NCBI GenBank assembly: GCA_040289575.1
Contig: PSLL01000017.1
Coordinates: forward strand, 31,527-64,715
DNA length: 33,189 nucleotides
Direction: 5' to 3'
DNA from: Candidatus Dadabacteria bacterium
GTDB lineage: Bacteria; Desulfobacterota_D; UBA1144; Nemesobacterales; CSP1-2
Below are positions 1 through 8,720 of this stretch, one piece after another; the stretch's first letter is position 1; each line of letters opens with the position of its first letter. The translations under genes were made by a program, and so were the position numbers. Below the pieces are notes generated by a model, which ran no database searches, was not told the origin of the DNA, and saw only the letters and a list, made by a program, of their open reading frames with translations.

Positions 1-2
1 CC

Positions 3-920
3 GCCGACCCAGAGAGGCTGAGTCTGCGCGCAACCATGCCGCGATTCCTCGATATGGAAGAGGAGCATGGCAGCATTATCAGAGCAATGATGATTGAACA
101 GCGCAAAGCCCAAAGGCGTCAGGGTAGCGACAGCGGTGCCAGGTATAGCCTGTTTATGTCTCTTAAGGGCGGGATGCAGACGCTTGTGGATGCGATTTCG
201 GCGCGACTGCCAGAGGGCACAATTCGGCTCAATCGTTGCGTGAGGCTATTGTCTAAGGCAAACGATCTCTGGGACATTCTTATGGACGACGGCACGAGGC
301 TCAATGCCGATGGGGTCATTATTGCCACATCAGCTCATAATGCGGCGGTGCTGTCGGAGGGATTCGACCCATCACTCGCATTGGATTTGGCGAGGATTCA
401 GTACGCCTCTTCCGCCGTTATAAACCTCGGTTATAGGTGTGAAGACATACCTCATCCCCTAGACAGCTTTGGGTTTATTGTCCCAATCGTTGAAAGGCGT
501 CCTATTATCGCCTGCTCATTTAGCAGTGTCAAATTTGCCGGTCGCGCTCCTGAGGGGAATGCCCTTCTGCGCTGCTTTATTGGCGGTGCATTGCAGCCTG
601 ATGTTTACGAATGGGACGATGATTCTCTGATTGGAGCAATGTGTAAAGAAATGAGAGACCTGCTTGGCATCAAGGCTCAACCAATATTTGCAATGGTGCA
701 CCATCATCCGCAATCAATGCCCCAATATCCAGTTGGGCATCTTGAGCAAATCTCGCGAATCAATTACAGGGTGAAACAACACAGAGGGCTTGCAATTGCT
801 GGAAACGCTTACGGCGGAGTCGGCATCCCGGACTGTATACATTCGGGCGAATCGGCAGCTGAAGCAGTTGTGAATGACATAGGGCGGTATTCTAATCAAT
901 GTAGGGGTATGTTACCCTGA
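3..920 (+). CDS. hemY: Protoporphyrinogen/coproporphyrinogen oxidase (HemY/HemG family), 5' truncated by window edge
   Basis: The frame is open from position 3 (ADPERLSLRATMPRF...). Motifs FMSLKGGMQTLVDAI, SSVKFAGRAP, SMPQYPVGH and AGNAYGGVGIPDCI are typical of the HemY C-terminal half. Confidence 0.92.
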   Translation, partial: ADPERLSLRATMPRFLDMEEEHGSIIRAMMIEQRKAQRRQGSDSGARYSLFMSLKGGMQTLVDAISARLPEGTIRLNRCVRLLSKANDLWDILMDDGTRLNADGVIIATSAHNAAVLSEGFDPSLALDLARIQYASSAVINLGYRCEDIPHPLDSFGFIVPIVERRPIIACSFSSVKFAGRAPEGNALLRCFIGGALQPDVYEWDDDSLIGAMCKEMRDLLGIKAQPIFAMVHHHPQSMPQYPVGHLEQISRINYRVKQHRGLAIAGNAYGGVGIPDCIHSGESAAEAVVNDIGRYSNQCRGMLP

Positions 921-976
921 GCATAACGAAGGGTCTCGTATTTACTCCGAGATTCTTCGCTTCGCTCAGAATGACA
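910..976. repeat. Palindromic REP/RPE-like element (GTCA..CTGAGC..CGAAG..TCTC / GAGATTCTTCGCTTCGCTCAGAATGAC)
   Basis: Arm 910-938 TGTTACCCTGAGCATAACGAAGGGTCTCG matches the reverse complement of arm 948-976, TGTCATTCTGAGCGAAGCGAAGAATCTCG, at 21/29 positions by eye. It overlaps the hemY stop codon. Confidence 0.75.
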
Positions 977-1092
977 CCCTATACCCGGTAAACTCAAGCG
1001 CAGTTCGCAGGATACTTGTAGAACCGAATTCGCTGGGTTACGCTATGATGTGGTAATTATTTTGGGGGAATCCTGATTTAGGTGTGGTTATT

Positions 1093-1857
1093 ATGATAAG
1101 AAGGGACGAAAGGGATGGCTGGATTTTGATTAATCAGCATGACCACGCGGAGCTCTCCGGGGAGATAATGAAATACTGGGGAAATAAGGAGTTTATCAGA
1201 CCCGATAGCGAGGTTCTATTTGCGATTGGGGAGCACGACAACGGGTGGAAGGAATGGGATTCTTGCCCTAAGATAAATCCCATAAGTCGGTACCCGATGA
1301 ATTTCTTGGAGATGAGTCCTTCCGATCAGTCCGAGATATGGAGGCGGTGTTTTAGAAGGCATTCGGCAGACCACCCTTATGCCTCGGCGCTGATTGCGCT
1401 CCATTTTGGGAAACTCAATGAAAAGTCGCTTAATAAAAACTCAAATAACGGCACAGCCAGGTCTTTGCAGGCTGAAATCACCGACTTTGTCTCTGGTATG
1501 TTAAATATTAATATTCCAAGTTTAGACCTCAATTCACTGCCTAAAGATGTTCAAGTGAATCTTAGGTTTGTTCAAATTGCGGATATAATCTCACTTACCC
1601 TCTGTCACGGCTGGCTTTCAATCGGGATTGAAGAGGTCCCGCTCGGCTATAACGGCTCGTCAACGACCCTGAATCTAAAATCAACCGATGGTAGTAATTA
1701 TGTCGTGTCTCCTTATCCATTCTCTCAGCCTCTGATTGAGCTTCAGATTGAGGGGCGCAGATTGGGTCAGAAAAGATTCACTGGCGATGCCGAACTTAGA
1801 GAGATGATAGAAAAATCTCAACGTGAGATACTGCATTTCTCGATTCGGAAGGAATGA
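1093..1857 (+). CDS. DUF3891-like (HD-fold-related) protein
   Basis: MIRRDE..WILINQHDHAELSGEIMKYWGN, AIGEHDNGW, YASALIALH and QIADIISLTLC resemble the DUF3891 pattern. ATG 1093 is preferred over GTG 1084. Confidence 0.7.
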   Translation: MIRRDERDGWILINQHDHAELSGEIMKYWGNKEFIRPDSEVLFAIGEHDNGWKEWDSCPKINPISRYPMNFLEMSPSDQSEIWRRCFRRHSADHPYASALIALHFGKLNEKSLNKNSNNGTARSLQAEITDFVSGMLNINIPSLDLNSLPKDVQVNLRFVQIADIISLTLCHGWLSIGIEEVPLGYNGSSTTLNLKSTDGSNYVVSPYPFSQPLIELQIEGRRLGQKRFTGDAELREMIEKSQREILHFSIRKE

Positions 1858-1860
1858 AAT

Positions 1861-1943
1861 CAGGATACAGCATACAGGGAAACAGAAAACAGGATAGAGG
1901 GGTTAAGGTTTTTCCCTGTATACTGTCTACTGTATCCTGTATT
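1861..1943. repeat. Inverted array of CAGnATA heptamer repeats forming a hairpin
   Basis: + strand: CAGGATA CAGCATA CAGGGAAA CAGAAAA CAGGATA (1861-1896). Reverse complement of 1911-1939: CAGGATA CAGTAGA CAGTATA CAGGGAAA. Confidence 0.75.
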
Positions 1944-1972
1944 CTTCTGTTCGTGGCTAAATAGTTATATAA

Positions 1973-3283
1973 ATGAAAAATACAGCTTTCCCAGCATTTG
2001 ATGAAATAGATAAGCCCAGTCTCAGCATTATTCGTGATTGCGTGCACTGTGGATTCTGTCTTACGGCATGTCCGACCTACCTTGAGACTGGAAATGAGCT
2101 TGATTCCCCGAGGGGAAGAATATATTTGATGAAATCGGCCATAGAGGGTCGAATTTCCATGGGCGAGGCTCTGGTTAGGCATCTCGATCTGTGCCTTGGA
2201 TGCCTCGCATGTGAGACCGCTTGTCCTTCAGGCGTAGACTATTCCCATCTTATTGAATCCTCAAGGTCTCAGATTGAGCGCCGGTACAAGAGGCCTCTTT
2301 TGGATAGGCTTTACCGCTCACTTTTGTTCTCTATTTTTCCATATCCCAAGAGGCTCAGGCTTCTTCTTCCATTTCTCTTTTTGTATCAGGCCATGGGGAT
2401 TAGAGGATTAGTTCGGTCTTCGGGTGTCCTTCATAAGCTCTCTGACAAACTATCACACATGGAAGGGATGTTGCCGGAGGTTAAGTCTGCATTTTCCTCT
2501 CCTTTGCCCAACCTAATGCCCGCTGAAGGGAGGAGACGATTTCGGGTTGCGCTCCTTACCGGATGCGTCCAGGGCGTCCTTTTCCCGGAAACAAATGAGG
2601 CTACGGTCAGGGTTCTTGCCGAAAACGGATGCGAGGTTGTCATTCCACAAGGCCAGGGCTGCTGCGGGGCACTCTCTCTCCATTCGGGGCGTTTGTCCGA
2701 ATCAAGGGAATTTGCCCGATCGAATATTGAGATCTTTGAGAACCCGGACTTTGATGCGATTATAGTAAACTCCGCAGGATGCGGGTCTGCCATGAAGGAA
2801 TACGGTGAGATTCTTAAAAGAGATTCACGTTATGCTGAACGCGGAGAAAAGTTCGGCAAAAGGGTGAAAGACATTATGGAGTTCTTATCGGATATTGGGA
2901 TTCAAGGAGAATTAAAGGAATTGAGGCTCAGGGTCACATATCAGGACGCGTGTCACATAGCACATGCGCAGAGGATAAAAACACATCCTCGAAAGATCAT
3001 AAAACGGATTCCCGGAATTGAATTTGTTGAGCTTCCCGAATCAGAGATATGCTGCGGGAGTGCGGGGATTTATAATCTCGTAGAGCCTGAAATGTCTGAA
3101 AAACTCCTTGAGCGGAAGATCTCCAAAATCAAAGAAACAGGAGCACAGGTTTTAGTTGCAGGAAATCCCGGATGCCTCTTGCAGATTGGAATGGGCACCA
3201 GACGATACGGTCTAAACATCAAAACCGCTCATCCAGTTGAGCTACTCGATTGGGCGTATAGGGGGAGTGTTCCTGACATCTAG
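1973..3283 (+). CDS. glcF: Glycolate oxidase iron-sulfur subunit (GlcF-type Fe-S/CCG-domain protein)
   Basis: Two 4Fe-4S motifs (CVHCGFCLTACP, CLGCLACETACP), DSPRGRI, and two CCG domains (QGCCGAL, YQDACH..CCGSAGIYN..NPGC). Confidence 0.88.
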   Translation: MKNTAFPAFDEIDKPSLSIIRDCVHCGFCLTACPTYLETGNELDSPRGRIYLMKSAIEGRISMGEALVRHLDLCLGCLACETACPSGVDYSHLIESSRSQIERRYKRPLLDRLYRSLLFSIFPYPKRLRLLLPFLFLYQAMGIRGLVRSSGVLHKLSDKLSHMEGMLPEVKSAFSSPLPNLMPAEGRRRFRVALLTGCVQGVLFPETNEATVRVLAENGCEVVIPQGQGCCGALSLHSGRLSESREFARSNIEIFENPDFDAIIVNSAGCGSAMKEYGEILKRDSRYAERGEKFGKRVKDIMEFLSDIGIQGELKELRLRVTYQDACHIAHAQRIKTHPRKIIKRIPGIEFVELPESEICCGSAGIYNLVEPEMSEKLLERKISKIKETGAQVLVAGNPGCLLQIGMGTRRYGLNIKTAHPVELLDWAYRGSVPDI

Positions 3284-3367
3284 TATCTACTTTCTTCAAA
3301 ACCTATTGTAAGGAATTTAAGGTTCTTATAAATAGCCGAAAAGCGAGCTTGAGAGTAAGGTTTAGAT

Positions 3368-3807
3368 ATGGATTTGATTTATCTTGACTATAACTGTTTT
3401 CAGAGGGGTTTTGATGACTTTCGGCAGATGAAAATCCATATGGAAGCTTTGGCGTGCCAAGAGATATTTATAAGAGCAGAAAGAAACAAGGTTCGATTAG
3501 TTGGTCTTTTATGCATGAGGATGAAACGATTCTCTGTCCTTTTTTAGAACGGAAATACGAAGTCGCCTTGCTAATCTTTGCAGGGTACGCATAGGCCCAA
3601 AAGAGGAAATTTATAAGCTCGCTCAATCATTTCAAGAAAATGGAAAGCTCTCGGCCAAAAATGCCATTCACCTAGCATGTGCCTATTATACAAATGTTGA
3701 TTTTTTTCCTAACCTGCGATAATAGGCTAATTAAGCGGATTAAGAGATTAAAACTTGAGATAGTAGTTATAAATCCGGTAGATTATATTAGACAGGAGAT
3801 AATATAG
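3368..3807 (+). pseudogene. PIN-domain (VapC-like) toxin pseudogene with three frameshifts
   Basis: Manual translation: MDLIYLDYNCFQRGFDDFRQMKIHMEALACQEIF..RLV / WSFMHEDETILCPFLERKYEV / RLANLC..LSAKNAIHLACAYYTNVDFF / LTCDNRLIKR..INPVDYIRQEII*. Shifts at ~3501, ~3563 and the T7 run 3701-3707. Not in the ORF track. Confidence 0.8.
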
Positions 3808-4016
3808 TGAAGAAAAAGAGAATAATGAATGATGCGGAAATAAGGATTATCGGGATAGAGGCCTTAAACAAAGCTCTTGGTCCTACGGCTGCTTTTAGAT
3901 TTCTAACTTTGATTCAGCGTGAACCTACTGATTATGTGAAAATCTCTCGACGACTCTACAAGGGGCAGACTATAGACGATATATTTGACAGAGCAAAAAA
4001 GCACTGGAAGGAATAA
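3807..4016 (+). CDS. Small putative antitoxin partner of the PIN gene
   Basis: 69 aa, overlapping the PIN stop (TAGTG). GIEALNKALGP..FRFL....TDY..R.L resembles small proteins that pair with this PIN subfamily. Confidence 0.65.
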   Translation: MKKKRIMNDAEIRIIGIEALNKALGPTAAFRFLTLIQREPTDYVKISRRLYKGQTIDDIFDRAKKHWKE

Positions 4017-4040
4017 GAAGTGCATAAGAAAGATCATAAA

Positions 4041-4187
4041 GCGGATTTGGAGACTGTAACCCTAAGCACCAATCCTCAGTTTCTTGCTCTAATTGAGCGG
4101 TCACGGGTGCGACAGAAATCGGAGGGTGGAATCTCCAGCACAGAGATGCGCCGTCGGTTGAAAGTGAAACAAGCGCCATCCAAATAA
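4041..4187 (+). pseudogene. C-terminal fragment of a Phd/YefM-like antitoxin
   Basis: Translates as ADLETVTLSTNPQFLALIERSRVRQKSEGGISSTEMRRRLKVKQAPSK*. LET..L.TNPQFL.LIERSR..GIS..EMRRRL recalls Phd/YefM C-termini. The N-terminal DNA-binding part is absent. Confidence 0.6.
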
Positions 4188-4354
4188 AGGCATGATGCCA
4201 AGAGAAAGATTTCTTCCTATATGTTGGTATTCTGGACTCTGATGAATAATCCTCCTCTCCTCAGCAAGCAAAGCCCATTGTAAAGAAATCAAAGTTTTTA
4301 TAAAAATTTTTATAAAATAGTTAGCAAGAAAAAACAGGCTTAAAAACGTCTATT

Positions 4355-4651
4355 ATGAGAAATTCTGATAAATTACCGCTTGAATTTTTAGAAAAGGTGA
4401 AAGCCTTAAACATTGAAGTAACTCCAATCAAAATTTTACGAAGCAGCACCTTTAATTTCGGAAAATCAAATATTTTAGTTCAAACGGCCTCTGATTTAGG
4501 AAAACGGTATTTCTTTGGTCTAAATTACATTAACGCTGAAGAGATATACAAACTTGATAATTCTTTTGTTGCTTTCATATGTGGAAGTATTGATGAAGTG
4601 GTATTTCTTCCAACCGAAATTTTAGTAAAACATTTATTCTATCAATATTGA
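4355..4651 (+). CDS. Hypothetical protein, probably a truncated N-terminal fragment
   Basis: 98-aa AT-rich ORF with a protein-like beta/alpha pattern. It ends where another reading-frame remnant begins. Confidence 0.45.
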   Translation: MRNSDKLPLEFLEKVKALNIEVTPIKILRSSTFNFGKSNILVQTASDLGKRYFFGLNYINAEEIYKLDNSFVAFICGSIDEVVFLPTEILVKHLFYQY

Positions 4652-4808
4652 AGACTTACAAAATGTCGCTGAGCAGGAACTAGACAGAGAACTCACTGAT
4701 GAAGAGATAAAAATCGTTGAAGAGCGTCTAGGCGATTATATTGATTGATATGGAACGATAGCTTTGACTTTAGGTGAGATGATAAGAAAGAAAAAACGAC
4801 GAAAATAG
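4632..4808 (+). pseudogene. Remnant of a small hypothetical gene (no start codon, internal TGA)
   Basis: IYSINIEDLQNVAEQELDRELTDEEIKIVEERLGDYID*YGTIALTLGEMIRKKKRRK*. TGA at 4746-4748 is probably a TGG>TGA change. Confidence 0.5.
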
Positions 4809-4877
4809 ATTGGAATGCTCTGATAAAAATTAATTCTTCCACTTCAGTGGGAGTGAAGCGAGGTAAAAAGGGGCATC

Positions 4878-5192
4878 ATGAAGATAAAAGAAATACTTAA
4901 CGAATTTAGATCGGAAGTTGAAAAGTTATATGGCAAAAGGTTGAAGAGTATTATGCTCTATGGCTCATGGGCCAGAGGCGATGCAACAGAGGAGTCGGAC
5001 ATTGATCTACTCATTGTCCTTGGAGGAAAAGTCATTCCAGAAAAGGAGATTGATAGAATGATTGACGCTATTACTGAGATCAATCTAAAGTATGGCGTGC
5101 TGCTCTCGGTCTATCCTATTTCTGAAGGGAACTACTTTACGGTAAACAGCCCACTACTTATTAATGTACGAAGGGAAGGAATACCTGCATGA
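4878..5192 (+). CDS. Minimal nucleotidyltransferase (MNT) antitoxin
   Basis: LYGSWARGDATEESDIDLLIV is the GS..RG..SDxD Pol-beta/MNT motif. Its stop overlaps the HEPN start (ATGA). Confidence 0.9.
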   Translation: MKIKEILNEFRSEVEKLYGKRLKSIMLYGSWARGDATEESDIDLLIVLGGKVIPEKEIDRMIDAITEINLKYGVLLSVYPISEGNYFTVNSPLLINVRREGIPA

Positions 5193-5583
5193 AGGAGATA
5201 CAATCCCTTATTAAAAGGGCGAATGGCGAATAAGGTATCTCAAAAGTGCTGAAATACTTCTCAAGGACGGGGATCATGAATCCTGCGTTTCAAGAACATA
5301 CTATGCGATGTTCTATTCTGCTCAAGCAGTGTTGCTTGCAAAGAACCTATCATTTTCGTCTCACAAAGGTCTGATTTCCGCTTTCGGAGAGCATTTCATC
5401 AAAACGGATATTTTTCCAAAAGAAATGGGCAGGGAACTCAATAGAGCTTTTGAAAAGAGACAGCTAGAAGACTACGAATACACATTTGTTATATCTAAGC
5501 AGGAGGCCGAAGAAATACTTGAGAATGGGAAGAAATTTATAGAAAAAATAGTCCAGCATTTAAAAAATGAAAAAATATTATGA
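5189..5583 (+). pseudogene. HEPN-domain protein (MNT-HEPN pair), frameshifted near its 5' end
   Basis: ATG 5189 gives MKEIQSLIKRANGE*. The downstream frame gives RYLKSAEILLKDGDHESCVSRTYYAMFYSAQAVL..SSHKGLISAFG..RQLEDY. A tandem duplication GGCGAAT GGCGAAT at 5218-5231 marks the break. Confidence 0.82.
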
Positions 5584-5700
5584 AATAGGTTTCCTCCCTT
5601 GATTGTTGATTTAAACAGTGTAAATTCCTCTTTCCAATATTGGGCATTATATTTATAGATTGTTGCACTTAACGCTAATCTCAGGATAATCCCCTGAAAA

Positions 5701-7137
5701 ATGAATAATGTAGCGCGCCGAGTCATTTCTAATTTCATCTGGCTTCTCCTGAGCGATGTATTTTCAGGAGGCACGATATTTTTAGGCAACCTCTATATCG
5801 CCCGCGTTGTGAAGGCCGTCGAGTTTGGCATCTTCTCATTTGCCCTAGCGGTCAGCGAATACATGTGGATAGCGGCTGACCTGGGAATCACCCTATACGG
5901 TACAAGAGAGGTGGCTAGGAATCCGGATAGGGCGGAGGAGATCCTTAGCGTTTTAAATTCCATGCGCTTCTTTAGCTCCATTGTATTATTTAGCGTTCTC
6001 TTTCTCATACTTACCCTAGCCCACGTTCCTCCTCACAAGGAAAACATTCTCCTTGCAGCGGGATTCTATGTGATTGCATATGCGCTTAGCCCAGATTGGC
6101 TCTTTCGCGGATCTGAGACTATGAAATACCTCGCCATAGGGGATATAATAACGGGCTCTTTTTTTCTCTCCAGTATCCTTTTTCTGGTTAAGGGGCCGGA
6201 GAACACCACTTGGGCGGCATTTCTCTGGTCATTTTCATCATTGGTTGGAAGTGCCGGGACGCTTTATCTGCTTTGGAGAAATCTGGGCATAAGGTTCTTT
6301 TTTACCTTCTCCCTTTCTAAGTGGAAGGGGCATATAAGGGAATCGGTTTACTTTGCTTTAATCGCCTCACTGATGAGGGGGTATGCGTATATTCCAATAC
6401 TCCTGCTCGGTTTCTTATCTACACCTGATCAGTTGGGCATCTTCTCTGCGCCACATAGGTTTGTCTACATGCTAAATCGCTTTAATTTTGTGTTCCCCAG
6501 GGCTTTTTATCCCGTGCTTGCAAGCCTTTCCGGAGACATAAAAGCCTTTAAAGAAGCCAACTATAGTCTTCAAAAGATTATGTTGGCCATAGGACTCCCC
6601 ATAGGGGTAGGCGGCACTATATTGGCAAGGGATATAATACACCTTCTCTATGGGAACTCTTATCTCGGCGCAACAGATATTTTTAAGATTTTAATCTGGG
6701 TAGTTCCTATAGGCTTTGTAAGGTCGAGTTATAGCAACCCACTTTTGGCGCTTGGGCTTCAGAGGCTCAATGCCATTGCAACGGGTATATCGGTCTTCAT
6801 AACGATTATACTTAATCTCATCCTGATACCGATCTATGGCATATACGGTGCTGCTGTAGCCTGTGTAGCATGCGAGATTATGGTCTTATTTTTTATGGCT
6901 CTGATCTTCTCAAAAAGGGTTTATAGGTCTATTCCGTTTGATGCCTATTTTTTTAAGATCTTTATATCCTGTGTTCTTATGGGGGTATTAATCGAAGTGG
7001 TGCATGTAAACGTAATAATTAAGATAATCCTGGGGGCGGTTTCGTATGGGATTCTGGCAATAGTGCTTGGTGTAACGGATAGAAAAGCTATTTTGGGTTT
7101 TTACTCGACTGTTGTTAATAGTAGGAAAAAGGTGTAA
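5701..7137 (+). CDS. wzx: Wzx-type (MOP superfamily) oligosaccharide flippase
   Basis: 478-aa polytopic membrane protein: VISNFIWLL, EFGIFSFA, DLGITLYGTREVA, LNLILIPIYGIYGAAVA. Confidence 0.88.
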   Translation: MNNVARRVISNFIWLLLSDVFSGGTIFLGNLYIARVVKAVEFGIFSFALAVSEYMWIAADLGITLYGTREVARNPDRAEEILSVLNSMRFFSSIVLFSVLFLILTLAHVPPHKENILLAAGFYVIAYALSPDWLFRGSETMKYLAIGDIITGSFFLSSILFLVKGPENTTWAAFLWSFSSLVGSAGTLYLLWRNLGIRFFFTFSLSKWKGHIRESVYFALIASLMRGYAYIPILLLGFLSTPDQLGIFSAPHRFVYMLNRFNFVFPRAFYPVLASLSGDIKAFKEANYSLQKIMLAIGLPIGVGGTILARDIIHLLYGNSYLGATDIFKILIWVVPIGFVRSSYSNPLLALGLQRLNAIATGISVFITIILNLILIPIYGIYGAAVACVACEIMVLFFMALIFSKRVYRSIPFDAYFFKIFISCVLMGVLIEVVHVNVIIKIILGAVSYGILAIVLGVTDRKAILGFYSTVVNSRKKV

Positions 7138-7156
7138 TTTATAACGAATTAAATCA

Positions 7157-8719
7157 ATGGGTAAAATTAAACCGCCGCATCTACTTATTATAGGCATGGA
7201 TGGAGCCACCCCAAATTTGATCCTACCTTGGGCGCAGAGCGGAAGGCTTCCAAACATATCCCGGTTAATTTCAAGTGGGAGCTATGGAGAGCTTCTCTCT
7301 ACCATTCCTCCAATTACGCCCCCTGCGTGGACATCATTTATGACCGGGGTAAATCCTGGCAAGCACGGAATCTTCGACTTTGTAGATAGGGTTCCCGGGA
7401 CATACGAATTCAGATACATAAATGCGAGAATGAGAAGGGTTCCGTCCATATGGCAGTATCTATCTAGTCTCGGCTTAAGGGTCGGCGCTTTAAATATCCC
7501 CATGACATTTCCCCCTGAGGAGGTAAATGGGTTTATGATATCGGGTCTGGATGCGCCCGATGAAAAGGGGGCGACATATCCGGCCAGTTTATACAACGAG
7601 TTATTTAGGGGGGTCGGCGGCTTTCAATTGGATATTAGAAACCTGGGGAATATGAAGACCGATGAGCAGAGAGGGCTTTTCTTAAAAGAGGCATTGAATG
7701 TAGAGGAGCAGAGGGCGAGGGTTCTTCTCTATCTGCAGGAGAAATATAAGTGCGACGTTCTTATGTTGGTGTTTAATGCTACAGACCAGGTTCAGCACCA
7801 CTTCTGGCACTACATGGATCCCTCGCATCCAAAGTATGACCCCATTGGGGCTAGGAGATTCGGCGATGCGATATTTAGGGTATATGCCAAGATTGATGAA
7901 CTTATAGGCGGTTTATTGGACGAAATTCCTCCTAGAGACGCCGTAATGCTCATGTCCGATCATGGAGCCGGTCCTACGAGTAGGTATTATCTCCATACCA
8001 ATCTCTTATTAGAGCATTTGGGTCTTCTCAGGTTTAAGAAAAAGAGCCTTTTTGTAGATGCCATCGGAGGGTTTGAGAAGTTTTTAAAATCGAATCTCTC
8101 GGATGGGCAGAAGAAGTTCATAGCAAAACTCCTGCCCGACATCCGCGGAAGGATAGAGAACTATAGCCAGCTTGGGGCGATAGACTGGGAGCACACAAAG
8201 GCCTTTGCTACGGAGCTGACTGGAATCGCACCTTTTATATGGATCAACACGGGCAAGGACTTTCCAAAGGGCTCCGTTCTCTTTGAGAAGGAGAGGATGC
8301 ATATAGTCGAAACAATAAAGAACGCCTTTCTTAGTCTTAAAGACCCCGAAGGCAATTCAGATTTGGGCGTAGAGGTCTTCTCTAAAGAGGAGATATTCAG
8401 AGGCCCCATCGTGTCAAAAGCCCCCGACCTGATACCGGCTGCCTGGTCGGATAGGGGGTTTAATCTAAAGAAGGCTCCTTCTGGGCCTCAAAATGGCTCC
8501 ATTTTAAGGATAGAAGCGGGGCCTCTGGCGGGTGATTTTGGGTGGAGCGGAACACATAAGATGGAGGGTTTTTTCCTTATATCCGGAGAAAAAGCGGTAA
8601 GCGGAAAGGTACTGAGAAATATAAGGATAATTGATATACTCCCAACGGTGCTTACCATATTAGACCTTCCGATTCCTCAATATGTAGATGGAAGGGTTAT
8701 AGAGGAAGTAATTAAATAA
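7157..8719 (+). CDS. AlkP-superfamily (NPP/type I phosphodiesterase-like, COG3379-type) enzyme, paralog 1
   Basis: IIGMDGAT, STIPPITPPAWTSFMTGVNPGKHGIFDF, DQVQHHFW, MSDHG, SGTHKMEG, IIDILPT. Confidence 0.88.
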   Translation: MGKIKPPHLLIIGMDGATPNLILPWAQSGRLPNISRLISSGSYGELLSTIPPITPPAWTSFMTGVNPGKHGIFDFVDRVPGTYEFRYINARMRRVPSIWQYLSSLGLRVGALNIPMTFPPEEVNGFMISGLDAPDEKGATYPASLYNELFRGVGGFQLDIRNLGNMKTDEQRGLFLKEALNVEEQRARVLLYLQEKYKCDVLMLVFNATDQVQHHFWHYMDPSHPKYDPIGARRFGDAIFRVYAKIDELIGGLLDEIPPRDAVMLMSDHGAGPTSRYYLHTNLLLEHLGLLRFKKKSLFVDAIGGFEKFLKSNLSDGQKKFIAKLLPDIRGRIENYSQLGAIDWEHTKAFATELTGIAPFIWINTGKDFPKGSVLFEKERMHIVETIKNAFLSLKDPEGNSDLGVEVFSKEEIFRGPIVSKAPDLIPAAWSDRGFNLKKAPSGPQNGSILRIEAGPLAGDFGWSGTHKMEGFFLISGEKAVSGKVLRNIRIIDILPTVLTILDLPIPQYVDGRVIEEVIK

Positions 8720-8720
8720 G

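Noticed and set aside
1861..1943. CRISPR array or other spacer-repeat array
   Set aside because: Units are 7 bp with no unique spacers. No 23-47 bp regularly spaced repeats or cas genes were seen in the window.
4165..4200. Possible integron attC remnant after the Phd-like fragment (..CCAAATAAAGGCATG..)
   Set aside because: No RYYYAAC/GTTRRRY pair or bottom-strand hairpin, and no integrase in the window.
4746..4748. In-frame TGA as selenocysteine or a recoded codon
   Set aside because: The context suggests TGG>TGA in a start-less remnant. TGA acts as a normal stop elsewhere in the window and no SECIS-like hairpin follows.
7157..8719. Calling the AlkP paralogs arylsulfatases
   Set aside because: No (C/S)xPxR motif, and the nucleophile position is Thr as in NPP-type enzymes.
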